From NCBI RefSeq assembly GCF_001194135.2, contig NC_068985.1, positions 38,052,026 through 38,116,025 on the forward strand: a stretch of 64,000 bases of DNA. Direction: 5' to 3'. The stretch's first letter is position 1, and each line of letters opens with the position of its first letter. The position numbers and the translations under genes are program-made. The notes beneath the pieces were generated by a model. It saw nothing but the letters and a program-made list of their open reading frames with translations. It was not told the DNA's origin and searched no databases. This document shows, piece after piece, positions 13,877-27,111 of the stretch. This DNA comes from Octopus bimaculoides. Lineage: Eukaryota.

Positions 13877-14328
13877 GTGCTACCCAAGAAGATGTCTTAA
13901 TTCATACAAAACTGAGGAAAATCTTATTCAAAAGTGATCCATGAAGTGTTTCACCGGTTCAGAGTTACAAAGTGAAACGGAGTTGAAAACAAAAGTATTC
14001 CATGCAAGGCATACGGTAGACTAACTTCTAACACAGCTTGCCATGTTAACAATATCTAGCTTGCAGTCTTTATGTGACCCTCGCAAAGAGAAAACGAGTC
14101 AGTCGTTAAATGAGGTCGTTTTGAAGACATCTTTGTTTAAGAACCTTATTTAGCCTAATTAACTTCTAAAGTGCTTAATTTTTATAGTCATGAATGTATA
14201 AACTAATTAATTCACGAGAGAACAAAGAATGCTCTATATACAGTTTTCCATACTTACACGTGCCAGTCAGGAATGCATCATAATTTATGCAAAACATATA
14301 AATCGGTCAGCCTCTGCATGCGTGTGCG

Positions 14329-14366
<38 letters not shown>

Positions 14367-14688
14367 TATATATATATAAACATACATGTATGCATGCATG
14401 CATATCGACTTATGTACACTATAAAAATGTGTATATATACATATATATATATATATATAGGAGAATTTATGAAAAAATAACAACAGACAAAGACAGGTGG
14501 TGTAAACAACAAATGGATGTATTAGTTTAACGCTCGGGAATAGAGAAATTCTTATATATATATATACATATGCATGCATACATATCGATTTATATATATA
14601 TATATATTATAGACATGTGCGTGTGTATACATTTGTGCATGCATACAAATCGATTTATATATATATTATAGAAATGTTTGCGTGTATG

Positions 14689-14750
<62 letters not shown>

Positions 14751-15583
14751 CGTGTGGGTATGTGTTTATGATACGAAAATAAATATCACGAAGACGAAGT
14801 AAAAAACAAAATGGGGATTGGAAGAAATCTTTAATGCTTGCAGCCTGCACTCTTCTACAGAAAGAAAATATGGGGAGATAGAAAAGATCAAGCGAAACTC
14901 AAGTAGGCGGTTACGCATGCTGAAATTAAACATACATACATGCATGCATACATTCATGCATGGACAGCTGCTTCGAAACTTCCAGCTTCTATATCCAGAC
15001 TATGAGTTCATATTCATTCCAATAATAGTTGGAACACTAGTTTTTGTTAGGAATTACTTAAAGGAGAAGCTGGATAAACTGGGATTTTTAGAAAGAGAAA
15101 TCGACCGGCTGATTCGTACATTACAAGTGCAATCTGTGAGTGGAACAGTAAAAATATGCAAGACTTTCCTCAAGTTCCAAATATGAATTTGTCTGTGTTA
15201 AGTACGTCTCAAAGATGGAACCTGGTATCTTTGTTGGAAACCTCCTCAGCGGAACATTTATAATAATTAAATAAAAGAAGAGACATGCATGCATGCATGC
15301 ATACATACATACATACATACATACATATGTATGTATATCGATTAATATTATCATGTATGTCGATTAATATTACCAGTTCTATAGGTAATAATTTTCGAAT
15401 TATTTTTCCGCTTGCTTAACAGAGCAGGTGCACGTTTGTCATTTCGACTATAATTTTCACAGCTAAGACTTACAAATAAATAAATTGAACATGATCTGCA
15501 GCGTACATGTTTCAGGTATTCTGAATTTTTATGTTTTTTTTTTCACACAACCGCAGATATATGTGCGCGCGCGCGCGTGTATG

Positions 15584-15634
<51 letters not shown>

Positions 15635-15663
15635 ATGTATGTATCTATCTATCTATCTATATA

Positions 15664-15696
<33 letters not shown>

Positions 15697-15710
15697 GCGT
15701 GTGTGTGTAC

Positions 15711-15754
<44 letters not shown>

Positions 15755-16094
15755 GTCNNNNNNNNNNNNNNNNNNNNNNNNNNNNNNNNNNNNNNNNNNN
15801 NNNNNNNNNNNNNNNNNNNNNNNNNNNNNNNNNNNNNNNNNNNNNNNNNNNNNNNNNNNNNNNNNNNNNNNNNNNNNNNNNNNNNNNNNNNNNNNNNNNN
15901 NNNNNNNNNNNNNNNNNNNNNNNAGAATAGAGGCAGCTGATGAATAATTCCAAGTGGCTTTCTGTTTTCCTATGTGTTCGTTCCGTTGTCTGTAGTTCAT
16001 TGTTCTAACGTCCTGTACCCTGATATGCATCTATATACACATGTAGATGAAAGTATATACATATATGTGTGTATACATGCATATATATTTTTTG

Positions 16095-16129
<35 letters not shown>

Positions 16130-16680
16130 CATACATATACACGCACGAAAAGAAAAAGACTGGGGCAAGAAAGAGAGGCATATATGTATAAACAACACAC
16201 AAACGTACACGCGCACACACACACACACACTCACTCACATGTGTCATGTGTGCATGCATGTGTTTGCGTACGTGCGCATGTATGTGTGACTATTTTCACA
16301 CAAGTCGATCTACAACATATACGCAAACAATTATACGGACCTACAAGCATATAACCATTATATGCTTCTTTTCTTCAGATGTGCAATAAAATTGTAAGAT
16401 GAGATTCAAGAGATTATAAAGCTTGCAAAATGCATGTGTGTTAAGACATGTTTCCAGTTAAGGAAATCTATATCTTTCCTTTTCCTCTTTCTCCACTTTC
16501 TACCATTCTCATGTAGATATTATTATTATATCTCTCCATCGTATTTTCAGAAAATATTTGATACATGTTACCGTCCTCTACTGTTGCGGGAAAATTTCAT
16601 CAGTAATGACACTTTGATGGCAACATTAAAGAATCTGAACTGCTTACCAAACGTTATTACTACACCTACACATAGCACCG

Positions 16681-16717
<37 letters not shown>

Positions 16718-16789
16718 TCATGCGTGCTTATGTAAAAGTGAGAATCAGATGTACATAATAATATATAGTGATAAAACTGTATATCATAT

Positions 16790-16975
16790 TTTACTTGTTT
16801 CCGTCATCGGATTGCGGCCATTCATTCGGCACCGCCTTGAAGGGTTTTAGTTGAACGAATTGACTCCAGTACTTAATGTTTTAAAAAAACCTATTATTTA
16901 TCCTATTGGTCCCTTATATTAAACTGCTAGGATACCAGTACATAAACAAACCAACAGGCGGTGATGGGGCACATA
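16790..16975 (+). mobile_element. Family C repeat, diverged
   Basis: ttacttgtttccgtcatcggattgcggcca...caccgccttgaaggg. Confidence 0.55.
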
Positions 16976-17019
16976 CACAATCACGCGCACACAGGTTTAT
17001 ATACAAGGGACTCCTTCCA

Positions 17020-17165
17020 GTTTGTGTCAACTAAATGCACTTACAAACCTTTAGTTGGCCCTGTGCTATAGTAGAAGACACTTGTCCTAGTTGCCATCTA
17101 GTAGGTCTGAACCCGGAACCATGTGGTTGGGAAACAAACTGCTTATCACAGTATCATGTCTGCAC
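17020..17165 (-). mobile_element. tRNA-headed SINE, family E (CORE-like motif)
   Basis: agaagacacttgtcctagttgcc...ctgaacccggaaccatgtggttggg; related copies at about 18040-18205 and 22262-22410. Confidence 0.65.
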
Positions 17166-18039
17166 ATTTATTTTCAAAAACATAGAAACGTATAGAAGCT
17201 ATTATACTGACGTTAGTCTATGAAATCCAGCATTTCATGTCCTTTCAACTCTTCAGGGAATAAATAAGAGTAATTATTCTTTGCTTCAACATAAAGCTCT
17301 GAGCGAAGTTTCTAATTTATTTAAAGTTTAGTATTCTGTATTGTATTGTTTATCTCATCATCTGTAATGAATCTTTTCAAATATAACGTGAATATTGAAT
17401 GCTACTTGAAGTTAAGTATTCTATAGCATTGTTTCTGCTTTATTTTTCTATTATTTGAAGATGTACTTTTCGATGTATTTCTAGTGTCATCGGTTCAGTC
17501 TTCGGGTAGTATTTGTATTTATTGTTAGTTAATTGGTGTCCAAGTTCCGATTTTCAAAGTCACAACGTTTGCATTGCTACACGAGAAAAGTTAAGTGAAA
17601 TATAGAATCGAGTAACAATTCAAGAACATTTAATTGATTTTTGAGGGAAAATTCATAAAAAATGGGGAGGTTATGTTTTGTAACAATAAACCCAAAATGA
17701 ATTTCTGGCTGTTGCTCGGAGATACAAACTAACAATAGGACAGAATAATTCCTGTTGACTCAAAAGTAAAGGAGCAAAAACCAGATAAGCAAAATATCTG
17801 ATCTACCATCACACGATTTCTTTGCACGAACACCAAGCTCTTTGTGATAGCTCTATCTGCTATAAAAAGCAGCTGATCCTTCCTGAATCCTCATCTTGCA
17901 GTTTAAAAAATGGAAGTTATTTTAAATGGTATTCATTCTATAGATATTTTTTTTATAGAGTAACTAATTTAATTGATGTTGTGAAGGGCGCTCTTTTCTA
18001 CGGTATTAAAAACCTATGTATATGCACATAAACAAACAC

Positions 18040-18205
18040 ATGAGGGATGTCTGTATACTTTCTGTCAACCAAAATTCTACCCATAAAGTGTTGCCCAGCC
18101 GAGGTTACGGTAGAAAACACTTGCCTAATGTGTTGAGTGATGGGTTTAAACTCAGAATCACGTCGTTACGAAACTAGCTTCTTAGCCACTTAGCTATGTA
18201 TGTAC
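18040..18205 (-). mobile_element. Family E SINE, diverged
   Basis: gtagaaaacacttgcctaatgtg...aaactcagaatcacgtcgttacgaaactagcttcttagccac. Confidence 0.55.
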
Positions 18206-18787
18206 CTACAGATATACACAGATACGGAATGATCATGGCTGGTATGCCATTGGTTGTAGAGCTCATTAATTGGAGCTAATCTGGAGCTTGATAACAACAG
18301 TAACAATTGACAGATATTTTATCGACCGCGAAATGAAGAGAAAAATCGACCTCACCGGGATTAGATCACGATACAACAGGCATGTTGTTCTAGGCTCTGC
18401 TGAATCAGCCAATCCCCCGCGGTGTTGTCCTCAATAATATTACAAGCGTAATACTACTCCGTCGTCTTACAGGTGTTATTTCTCACCTGAATGTCACAGA
18501 ATAATAAATTGTATATATTACATTGTTGCCATTGCTTTTTGCTAATAGAATATATGCTCTGTTTATCAGTCGTGGTCCCTGACAAAATGTTTTTTGTCTC
18601 CTTGTAAATAAACAATACTTTAAATCCATCATCTCTATAAGTAAGTACTTTGTAGTCTATTTGTTATAGCAAATTCACTTTGCACAAAAGTACCATTGTG
18701 ATTGACATATATTCTTTTCACCCGCGCGCTATGAACCGTTTAAATGGCTACCTTTTATAGTCTTTTCGTCTTGATTTCTATTTACAG

Positions 18788-18923
18788 GGATCAATGAGAC
18801 AGCAAATGTGATTCTGAAACGTCCAGCACGAAATCAAATTAAAGCAGGATCAGACGTTATTCTGCGGTGTGTCATTCAAGGAAACCCAGTACCATCAATA
18901 TTATGGTACAGAAACAAATTCAG
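18788..18923 (+). CDS. PTK7: Internal exon of PTK7/Off-track-like Ig-domain receptor (N-terminal half of Ig2)
   Basis: Acceptor tttacag|GG, donor TTCAG|gtaaat; 136 nt, phase 1 to 2. Translates (x)INETANVILKRPARNQIKAGSDVILRCVIQGNPVPSILWYRNKF(R), with the Ig C-x-G-N-P-x-P-x-x-x-W motif. Resembles the vertebrate PTK7 Ig2 start as recalled (WIEAGPVVLKHP...VTLRCHIDGHPRPTYQWFR). Orthology not tested by search. Confidence 0.8.
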
Positions 18924-19279
18924 GTAAATAATGATTCTTTTCGTTTTCTTTTTTCTTTATAGCATAGAGACGAATTCTGAAGTTCGTAGTGGGATTTAAG
19001 GAAACTGTAATGTTTATGCTTTTCAAAAGGTCACAAGAGATGTAGCTTTCATGAAGAAGTTTGAAATAGTAATGGAAATTTGGGATTCCAGTTCGATAAC
19101 TTCATACAAATCCACTTTGTAGGATTAAAAATATATCTATTACAGAATAATAGAAAGTTAATGCAAACAACTACAAACACGCACTGAACAAAAATCTGTT
19201 TAACGTCTATTGAAACAGATCTGGCTGAAGTAAAATATAGATTGTTGTGAAGAGAAAAGAGAAACAATTACAGAATTTG

Positions 19280-20030
19280 TGAAAATGTTAGGAACTAATC
19301 TGAGAATGGGGCCATAGAATTCTATACTAAAGCTATGGCTAGAATAGCCTCTGCATGACTAATATCTAACAAAAGTGTACCAAGTGGAATCAGACAAAGA
19401 AAAATTGCAGCGCAGACTTATGAAATGCCAGGCTCAAGCTGAAACTGAATGATTCTCTCGTAGCATAATATCAAATTTTTCCTAGCAAAAAACACAACTA
19501 GTGAAATGCATTATATTGCCACAGAGTATGTGGAGGTTGGGGAAAAACGGTTAACCAAATTGTCACTGGTTGCCAAGAAAGTGTACGTCTACGGCAATTA
19601 TAGAAACGGAACTGTCATACACTGAAATCTATGCCTACATTACGAAGATACCAGCCCAAAATTGATTGGTGGTACTAAGATCTCAGGGTAAGAAACATTG
19701 ACCATACTATAGCACATGCCACTCTAAACAGATTACGACTGGTAGGTCAGATATTATTGTCAACGAATCCTTAAAAGGAAAAAAACTTCCTTACTGAAAT
19801 AGATATGAAAACTGAGATAACCAGGATGTGACGACTGTAAACAGAGATAGTCCCTATTATAATAGGCGGATTATGAATCAGTAAAACACTTGCAGATAAG
19901 TTTCGTAAATAAAATCTCAAGATTAAGAAATATGCGGAACACAGTAAATTGGAGCACCACAGAAAATGCAAAAGCAAACAAAATACTGAACATATTCTGG
20001 ACATATTCAAAACTCACAGAGATGTACTCG
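19280..20030 (+). mobile_element. 3' fragment of R4/Dong-like non-LTR retrotransposon (restriction-like endonuclease type)
   Basis: Broken frames give RVCGGWGKTVNQIVTGC (CCHC-like motif), TVIH*NLC, TGRSDIIV (RPD motif), EIDM and EITRM*RL*TEIVPIIIGGL, matching the C-terminal RLE region of R4/Dong elements. Confidence 0.7.
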
Positions 20031-20944
20031 GTACAAGAGTGAAAATACTCAGTAAGACGACTAAAATCTTATTATTTATTCTTATATGATATCTTTTAAT
20101 TTAGTTGGCGACATGCATTTCAAATGGTTATGAAATATGTGCATAGTATGTGTCCTTCAGAGCGGTGTGAAGTAAAACTGGTAAAAACATTGAACGAGCT
20201 CAAAGTTTCACCAAAGAAAACACCCAAAACAAGCTTGAGAAACTACATATCCGACCCCTTTATACACGGATCACTCTATCTATCGTCTAGATCTTCTAAA
20301 CCTGTCTGCGAGCACCCGTCAGTCGAAGATAAACTTCGATGTCTCCCATATTCTTTGGAAAGTGCTGCCTAAGCTGTTGATGTGGCCTTTTTGTAACCCT
20401 TCAACAACCTTCTGTCCTAATTGGAAATCTAAATTGCCGGGGAATTCTAGTTTTGCAGGGTCCATTACAAAATTATATGCATATCTCGTAACAGCAGTAG
20501 CCAGAGCTTCACAAGATCAACAAAAATAACAACACTAGCATCAATATTAGCTGTTCATACCGATCTTTAATTTATTTGAGAGGTATATCAGATAGTATGG
20601 CTTTCATATAGATGACTCCAGCGCGACTAAAAGCCATCAATGGTTTCAATGAAAGTAGCCTGGATATTTATCCCTGAACCCCTTTATTTGAATATAAGGC
20701 CTTAAGAGATTCAGATTTTCTTTGTGGCTATATATCATTAAGTATTCCCTGTAAGAATTGAAATTACCTGAGGCAGGAAGCGAGGTGATTTGTATATGAA
20801 TCAGTTTCTGTACACATACACGCACATTAGTGTATAGATATACACCCACTCAGACGTGAACTTCAGAGAGAGATATAAATTTGTAAACGATATTTATTTG
20901 CAGACATTTAATATTGGGTCCATTGAAATCTTAGATGAAATTAT

Positions 20945-21002
<58 letters not shown>

Positions 21003-21058
21003 ATATATCGAAATGTATATGTATATTGGTATCTGTGTGAGTTTGTGTATCGATATAT

Positions 21059-21122
<64 letters not shown>

Positions 21123-21704
21123 GTTTATGCATGTATATATACATACTTACATGTATATGTGTGTTTGTCTATAAATATGCGTGTGTATGCGTACACACTT
21201 ATACACGCACACACGCAAATAAATGTAAGCACGTATGCATACACATATGCACGCACACAAACACGAACGTATTCAATTGAATAATTGAATATATGGTGAA
21301 GGTTTGTACATAGATTTTTTTTCGTTCAGAAACTCTTTGATTAATACTGCATTGCCAAGTATTTGATGTTATCCGTCTTGCAGCAACAACCTACTACTTT
21401 GGTAAACACCATAGGTTGTACAGAAGGTCATAGGACCATATTGTTTTATATATCAGACATAAACAACTTCTCTCACGAAAAATAGCAAATCTGTTAGATA
21501 TGAAGCACGGAAAAAAAAAGGAAAAAACATGACACAAAACGAAACGGAACAAAAACATACCTGTTTGTTGGTGATAATCGGTAGTGGTTTCGAATTGGAA
21601 TAGGTGAGGAGCGACGGATATGAAAGAGTGAGATTAAGGGTAAAATAAAATAGTATAGAATTCACAAAATGATAGGTGATGGAAGGAGCGAGGTACTGTG
21701 TGAC

Positions 21705-21761
<57 letters not shown>

Positions 21762-21954
21762 GGATAGGGAGAGAGAGGTAAAGAGAGAGTACAAACAAGT
21801 CTTAGGCTCGGTGGGAGAATGAGTCGTGATAAAGGTGAGCTAAGAAACTTGTACTAGATCCAAGGAACGAAATAAAGTTTCAAAGATGATTGGCACGTAA
21901 GGAAAATAGAGCCACTCTAGTAGAAAACTCGCAATCTAGTGATGACACTAAGCA

Positions 21955-22125
21955 TCAAATCTTTCTTTTATCTTTTACTTGTTTCAGTTATACTATTGCG
22001 GCCATGCTGGGGCAGGAGCACCTCCTTAATGGATTTAGTCGAACAAATCAATTATACTATTTTTTCTATGACTAGTACTTCATCGATCTCTTTTGCTATG
22101 CGACGGTGGGAACAAGCGCAAACAC
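21955..22125 (+). mobile_element. Family C repeat
   Basis: cttttacttgtttcagttatactattgcggccatgctggggcag...tagtcgaacaaatc. Confidence 0.6.
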
Positions 22126-22161
22126 ATAAACGCACGCATATATATATATATATATATACAT

Positions 22162-22248
<87 letters not shown>

Positions 22249-22261
22249 TATGCATGCATGC

Positions 22262-22410
22262 GACAGCCTTCAATCAGTTTCCGTCTGCAGAATCCATTCA
22301 AAAGACTTTGGTCAGCTCGTAGATAGAGTAGAAAACACTTGCCCGAGATGCCTCACATTGAGACTGAAGTCGAGACTATGCGGTTCTTACCACACTGCCA
22401 CGCTAGCGAC
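22262..22410 (-). mobile_element. Family E SINE
   Basis: tcagtttccgtctgcagaatccattcaaaagactttggtc...gtagaaaacacttgccc. Confidence 0.65.
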
Positions 22411-22428
22411 CGTAAAAAGTACGCACAA

Positions 22429-22500
22429 CTCTCTGGTAGGAAATAGAACACCGGTGTCCTGCTTGACAGTTGGCTATACTTACCGCTATACTACCGACGA
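22429..22500 (-). pseudogene. tRNA-Asp(GTC)-like pseudogene
   Basis: Minus strand tcgtcggtagtatagcggtaagtatagccaactgtcaagcaggacaccggtgttctatttcctaccagagag (72 nt) aligns to metazoan tRNA-Asp with anticodon GTC. The acceptor stem has mismatches, the T-loop is TTCTATT, and a T5 run lies 10 nt downstream. Confidence 0.7.
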
Positions 22501-22504
22501 GTCA

Positions 22505-22645
22505 ATATGCGTTTCGAATTTTGGCGCAAGGCCAGCAATTTCGGAGGAGCGAGCAAGTCGATTACATCAACCCCAGTGCTCAACTGGTCCTTATTTTACC
22601 AACCCTCTAATGGATGAAAAACATAGTCGACATCGGTGGAAATTG
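22505..22645 (-). mobile_element. Partial family A SINE
   Basis: aattttggcgcaaggccagcaatttcgg...gtcgattacatcaaccccagtgctcaactgg matches the family A tail in reverse. Confidence 0.65.
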
Positions 22646-23389
22646 AAACCCCGACGAGTAAATATTAAAGAATATATATGTATGTATGTATGTGTGTGTG
22701 TCTCATAATATACGACTTGTCTGGAAATATTTCTAAAATAATTGTGGTGTGGCAGTTAATTCTCATCAGCAGATTTCTATATACAATATCCTGATAGCTG
22801 AAGTCAGAAGGTCGTTTTTTTATTTTGGAATTATTTCGTTAATTAGTTGCTACTGTAAAGTTCCATTATAATAATGACTCATCATCAACTAAGATTTGAA
22901 TCAAATACTACAGAAATATGAGTATGTTTTCATCAAGGCAATATCGATTATATTCTATATCAATAATTATCATAACTTTATATGATTATATGTCTATCGA
23001 GAATAAATTCGATATAAATAGATATTTTCTTATAATCTGTTATAAAGCTTTTGAAAACAGCCCGATCGTTTCACATAGTTACATGTTATATCATCAACAA
23101 TTCCTTAATATGATAGTTCTTCAACTTTGATGATCATTTTGGCAAATATATCTGGCAACTAAACTACTGGTGTACTTGAAATTATACTCTATGCCAGTTT
23201 TTACACACATATATACACACATACCCACACACACACATACATGTGTATGTATGCATGCATGTATGTATGAATTAAAAAAAACAACTTATTCTAACAAGTA
23301 CGTTTAAGTTGCTAGCTCTTTTGGCAAATATTTCAAACAGTTGAGTATCTACTTGATGTTGTATCTCTAGACGATTTTGAGAATTTTAA

Positions 23390-23427
<38 letters not shown>

Positions 23428-23604
23428 NNNNNNNNNNNNNNNNNNNNNNNNNNNNNNNNNNNNNNNNNNNNNNNNNNNNNNNNNNNNNNNNNNNNNNNNN
23501 NNNNNNNNNNNNNNNNNNNNNNNNNNNNNNNNNNNNNNNNNNNNNNNNNNNNNNNNNNNNNNNNNNNNNNNNNNNNNNNNNNNNNNNNNNNNNNNNNNNN
23601 NNNN

Positions 23605-23656
<52 letters not shown>

Positions 23657-23763
23657 TGTGTGCGTATGCAGCTATTTATATATTTATAGATATATGTATG
23701 CATGCATTTGTGATTGCAGTGGAGATAAAAAATAATTCAGTTCCAATAACATACACTCCCGCA

Positions 23764-23799
<36 letters not shown>

Positions 23800-24417
23800 A
23801 ACACACACAGAGACGCATATACACACATACACACATTCTAGACACACACATACTACACCCGCACACACAAATGAATAAAAGTTAAACGCTTTGACTAGCA
23901 AATACTTTCTCTGGCTCTCCTCTTACGCACGCACACACACACACACACAGATCATATATCTATACTATAATATATATCTATACTATAATATATATATAAA
24001 CGCGCACACAATTATGTATATATACATATACAACCACATGTACAACCACATACATGCACAACCACATATACATACAAGCGCGTACACATATACTTATAAT
24101 GAAATGTATATGCAGGTGGGGGTAATGTATTATGACAGGTGTACTTTGAAAGTGAAGTAAAATCATTATCGCAGTAGCGATTGTGACTTGTTAAAATGTT
24201 CCTTTCCTGAACAAACCTTTTAGCAAGGAACCGCATAATTGTGAAGGAACCGTAAAATCAACTGAAGTCAACGTTGATTCTGACTAACGTGTATTTTATC
24301 GATGGTAGATTGACGAGTGCAATATTTATACCCCTTTCTTCTGTACGTTTCTAATGCATAGACAACCTTTAAAGTTCAGCTTATTTTTAAACGTTATCAA
24401 TATTTTGGCGTGTTGTT

Positions 24418-24960
24418 AAGGTTGCGATTTGGCAGAACCGTTAGCACGCCGGGTAAAATGCTTTGCGGCATTTCGTCCGTCTTTACGTTCTGAGTTCAAA
24501 TTCTGCCGAGGTTGATGTTGCCTTTCATCTTTTCAGAGTCGATAAAGCGATTACCATTTGCACATTGGAGTCGATGTAATCGGTTTCCTCAACCACGAAA
24601 TTGCTGACCTTGTGCCAAGATTTGAAAGCATTATTAAAATAAATACCAGTTGAACACTGGGGGGTCGATGTAATCGACTCCCAATCTCCTCCAAAATTGC
24701 AATCCGTATGGCAAAATTTGAAACCGTTATCATTATAATTAAGGTGGCGAGTTGGCAGAATCGTTAGCGTGCTGGACGAAATGCCTAGTGCTATTTCGCT
24801 CGTCGCTACGTTCCGAGTTCGAATTCTGCTGAGGTCGACTTTACCTTTCATCCTTTTGGGGTCGATAAAATAAGTACCATTTGAACACTGGGTTGATGTA
24901 ATTGACTTATCCTCTCTTCAAAAATTGCTGCCCTTGTGGCAAAATTTGAAGCCATTATTA
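24418..24960 (+). mobile_element. Two family A SINE copies in tandem with an intervening duplicated tail
   Basis: Heads at about 24418 and 24741; tail segment repeated at 24640-24740. Confidence 0.75.
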
Positions 24961-24984
24961 ATATTATTATAATCTTGTTTCTAA

Positions 24985-25110
24985 TCAAGGTACAAGGCCT
25001 TAAAATTTTAGGGGAGGGGGCCAGTCGACTGGTACTTAGTTTATCGATGAAAGGCAAAGTGGACCTCGGCGGAATTTGAACTCAGAAAGTAACGGCAAAC
25101 GAAATAATTG
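24985..25110 (-). mobile_element. Deleted family A SINE copy, inverted relative to the adjacent copy
   Basis: gatgaaaggcaaagtggacctcggcggaatttgaactcagaa is the reverse complement of the family A body. Confidence 0.7.
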
Positions 25111-27080
25111 ATTCAGTAATGTAGGGGTATTTTGAAACGTAGGTGTCCTATGTGCATCACTGTTCATAGCGGTTTATTATCAAATTGGCAAACAACGCAT
25201 CATGAGATGATTCGTTTACTAAATTCTTTGCTCTTGTCCACAATTCTTGCCTCCGTGGGTAGCGTTTCCCGAAGAGATGCAATGATGTTGAAACAGCAAA
25301 GGCGCAAATAATTCTTACTTCACTGAATCTCAGTAATTGCAGCATGATTACTATTTAAAGTCTTAACAGAAGGAAGCTTGGGTGTAAAAAAAAAAAAAGG
25401 AAATGAAATACCTAAATAATTAAAGTAAATTTACTGCCGCTTCCTCACTCACAATTTATGAATTATTGAATTTTATCTTCATTTAAAAAAAAAAAAAAAC
25501 TTTGTTTAGAGGCTAGGATTATTTCCGATTCAGTATGTAGATGGCGGTACATTCAGTTTTAGGGTTTGAATCAAATATAAAGTAATGACGAGACTTATAA
25601 ATATATAAACAGTGCTTAAATAAGGAGCNNNNNNNNNNNNNNNNNNNNNNNNNNNNNNNNNNNNNNNNNNNNNNNNNNNNNNNNNNNNNNNNNNNNNNNN
25701 NNNNNNNNNNNNNNNNNNNNNNNNNNNNNNNNNNNNNNNNNNNNNNNNNNNNNNNNNNNNNNNNNNNNNNNNNNNNNNNNNNNNNNNNNNNNNNNNNNNN
25801 NNNNNNNNNNNNNNNNNNNNNNNNNNNNNNNNNNNNNNNNNNNNNNNNNNNNNNNNNNNNNNNNNNNNNNNNNNNNNNNNNNNNNNNNNNNNNNNNNNNN
25901 NNNNNNNNNNNNNNNNNNNNNNNNNNNNNNNNNNNNNNNNNNNNNNNNNNNNNNNNNNNNNNNNNNNNNNNNNNNNNNNNNNNNNNNNNNNNNNNNNNNN
26001 NNNNNNNNNNNNNNNNNNNNNNNNNNNNNNNNNNNNNNNNNNNNNNNNNNNNNNNNNNNNNNNNNNNNNNNNNNNNNNNNNNNNNNNNNATATATATATA
26101 TATATATATATATATAACCATTTATATTTGCAATTGCTTTTGTTTCAGCGCACGATCTCAGATCAAGTCACTCTCTATGCAAGTACATCCCCATCTATAT
26201 TATATGTGTGTGTTATTTATGAGTGTGTATGAATATATATGTATGTGCAACTATAATGCCTCACTTGCTCTGTGCGTCCGTGTATACATACTTACACAGA
26301 CAAACACACACGCATATTAATACATACCCAACTTTACGTATTCAATCTCGATTGCTTTGTAATCCCCGTACATGTGTGGGCGTTTATATGTGTATAATAG
26401 GTTTTTCTGTGTATATTGCATCCTTGCATCATGCAGTATACTTTCATTAAAGTTTCATGATTTCAGAAGAGGTTTTCTGTTTTCCCAGGTGCAAGCTCTT
26501 CTCATTTAAAAGATGTATTAATAATGGTGAAAAGCTAGACTAAACCAGATTTTGGGCTAATGATAAAATGTAAGCTCGATTCACCCCTCTGTAGGTTAAA
26601 CAAAATCAGCTCCCGTTCTAGATATATGTGTGTATGTGTGTGAGTACTCTGACAGAATCTATTTTATTTTTTATTTTTGTATGGTTTAATTGGAGTGAAG
26701 AGACAGCCCTTGATTTCTACATGTCGAAAATACTGACATTAACACGTTTAATGTTCAGTTTGCATACATGAAGTAAGTCAACATTTACTGGAAAAGTAGG
26801 TATGAGATAAGGAATGCTACAGTGTTGACATAATGAGAAAAACGGATTTGAGCATACTGGTTAGTGTGATGTATGGGAATGAGGCACCTTGATGGGTGTG
26901 GACGAGGGAAAGGTGTATCAAGTTTGCCTATGGTAGAGGTGACATGGAAATAGCTAATTCTGGTGAATAACGGACGCATTTGAACAATATGTACTAAGAG
27001 AAGCTCGAAGTGTTTGTCTGTGGATAAGAAGTTGTAATGTATGTTTCTTATTCTGTCGGGTGATCTTCCCTTAAATGCTA

Positions 27081-27111
<31 letters not shown>

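Noticed and set aside
1-18787. Search for the upstream signal-peptide and Ig1 exons of the PTK7-like gene
   Set aside because: No spliceable Ig-like exon ending in phase 1 was recognised; it probably lies upstream of the window or within an N gap.
20390-20480. PSVLIGNLNC resembling an AP-endonuclease GDxN motif
   Set aside because: A single short motif without supporting neighbouring motifs; too weak to call.
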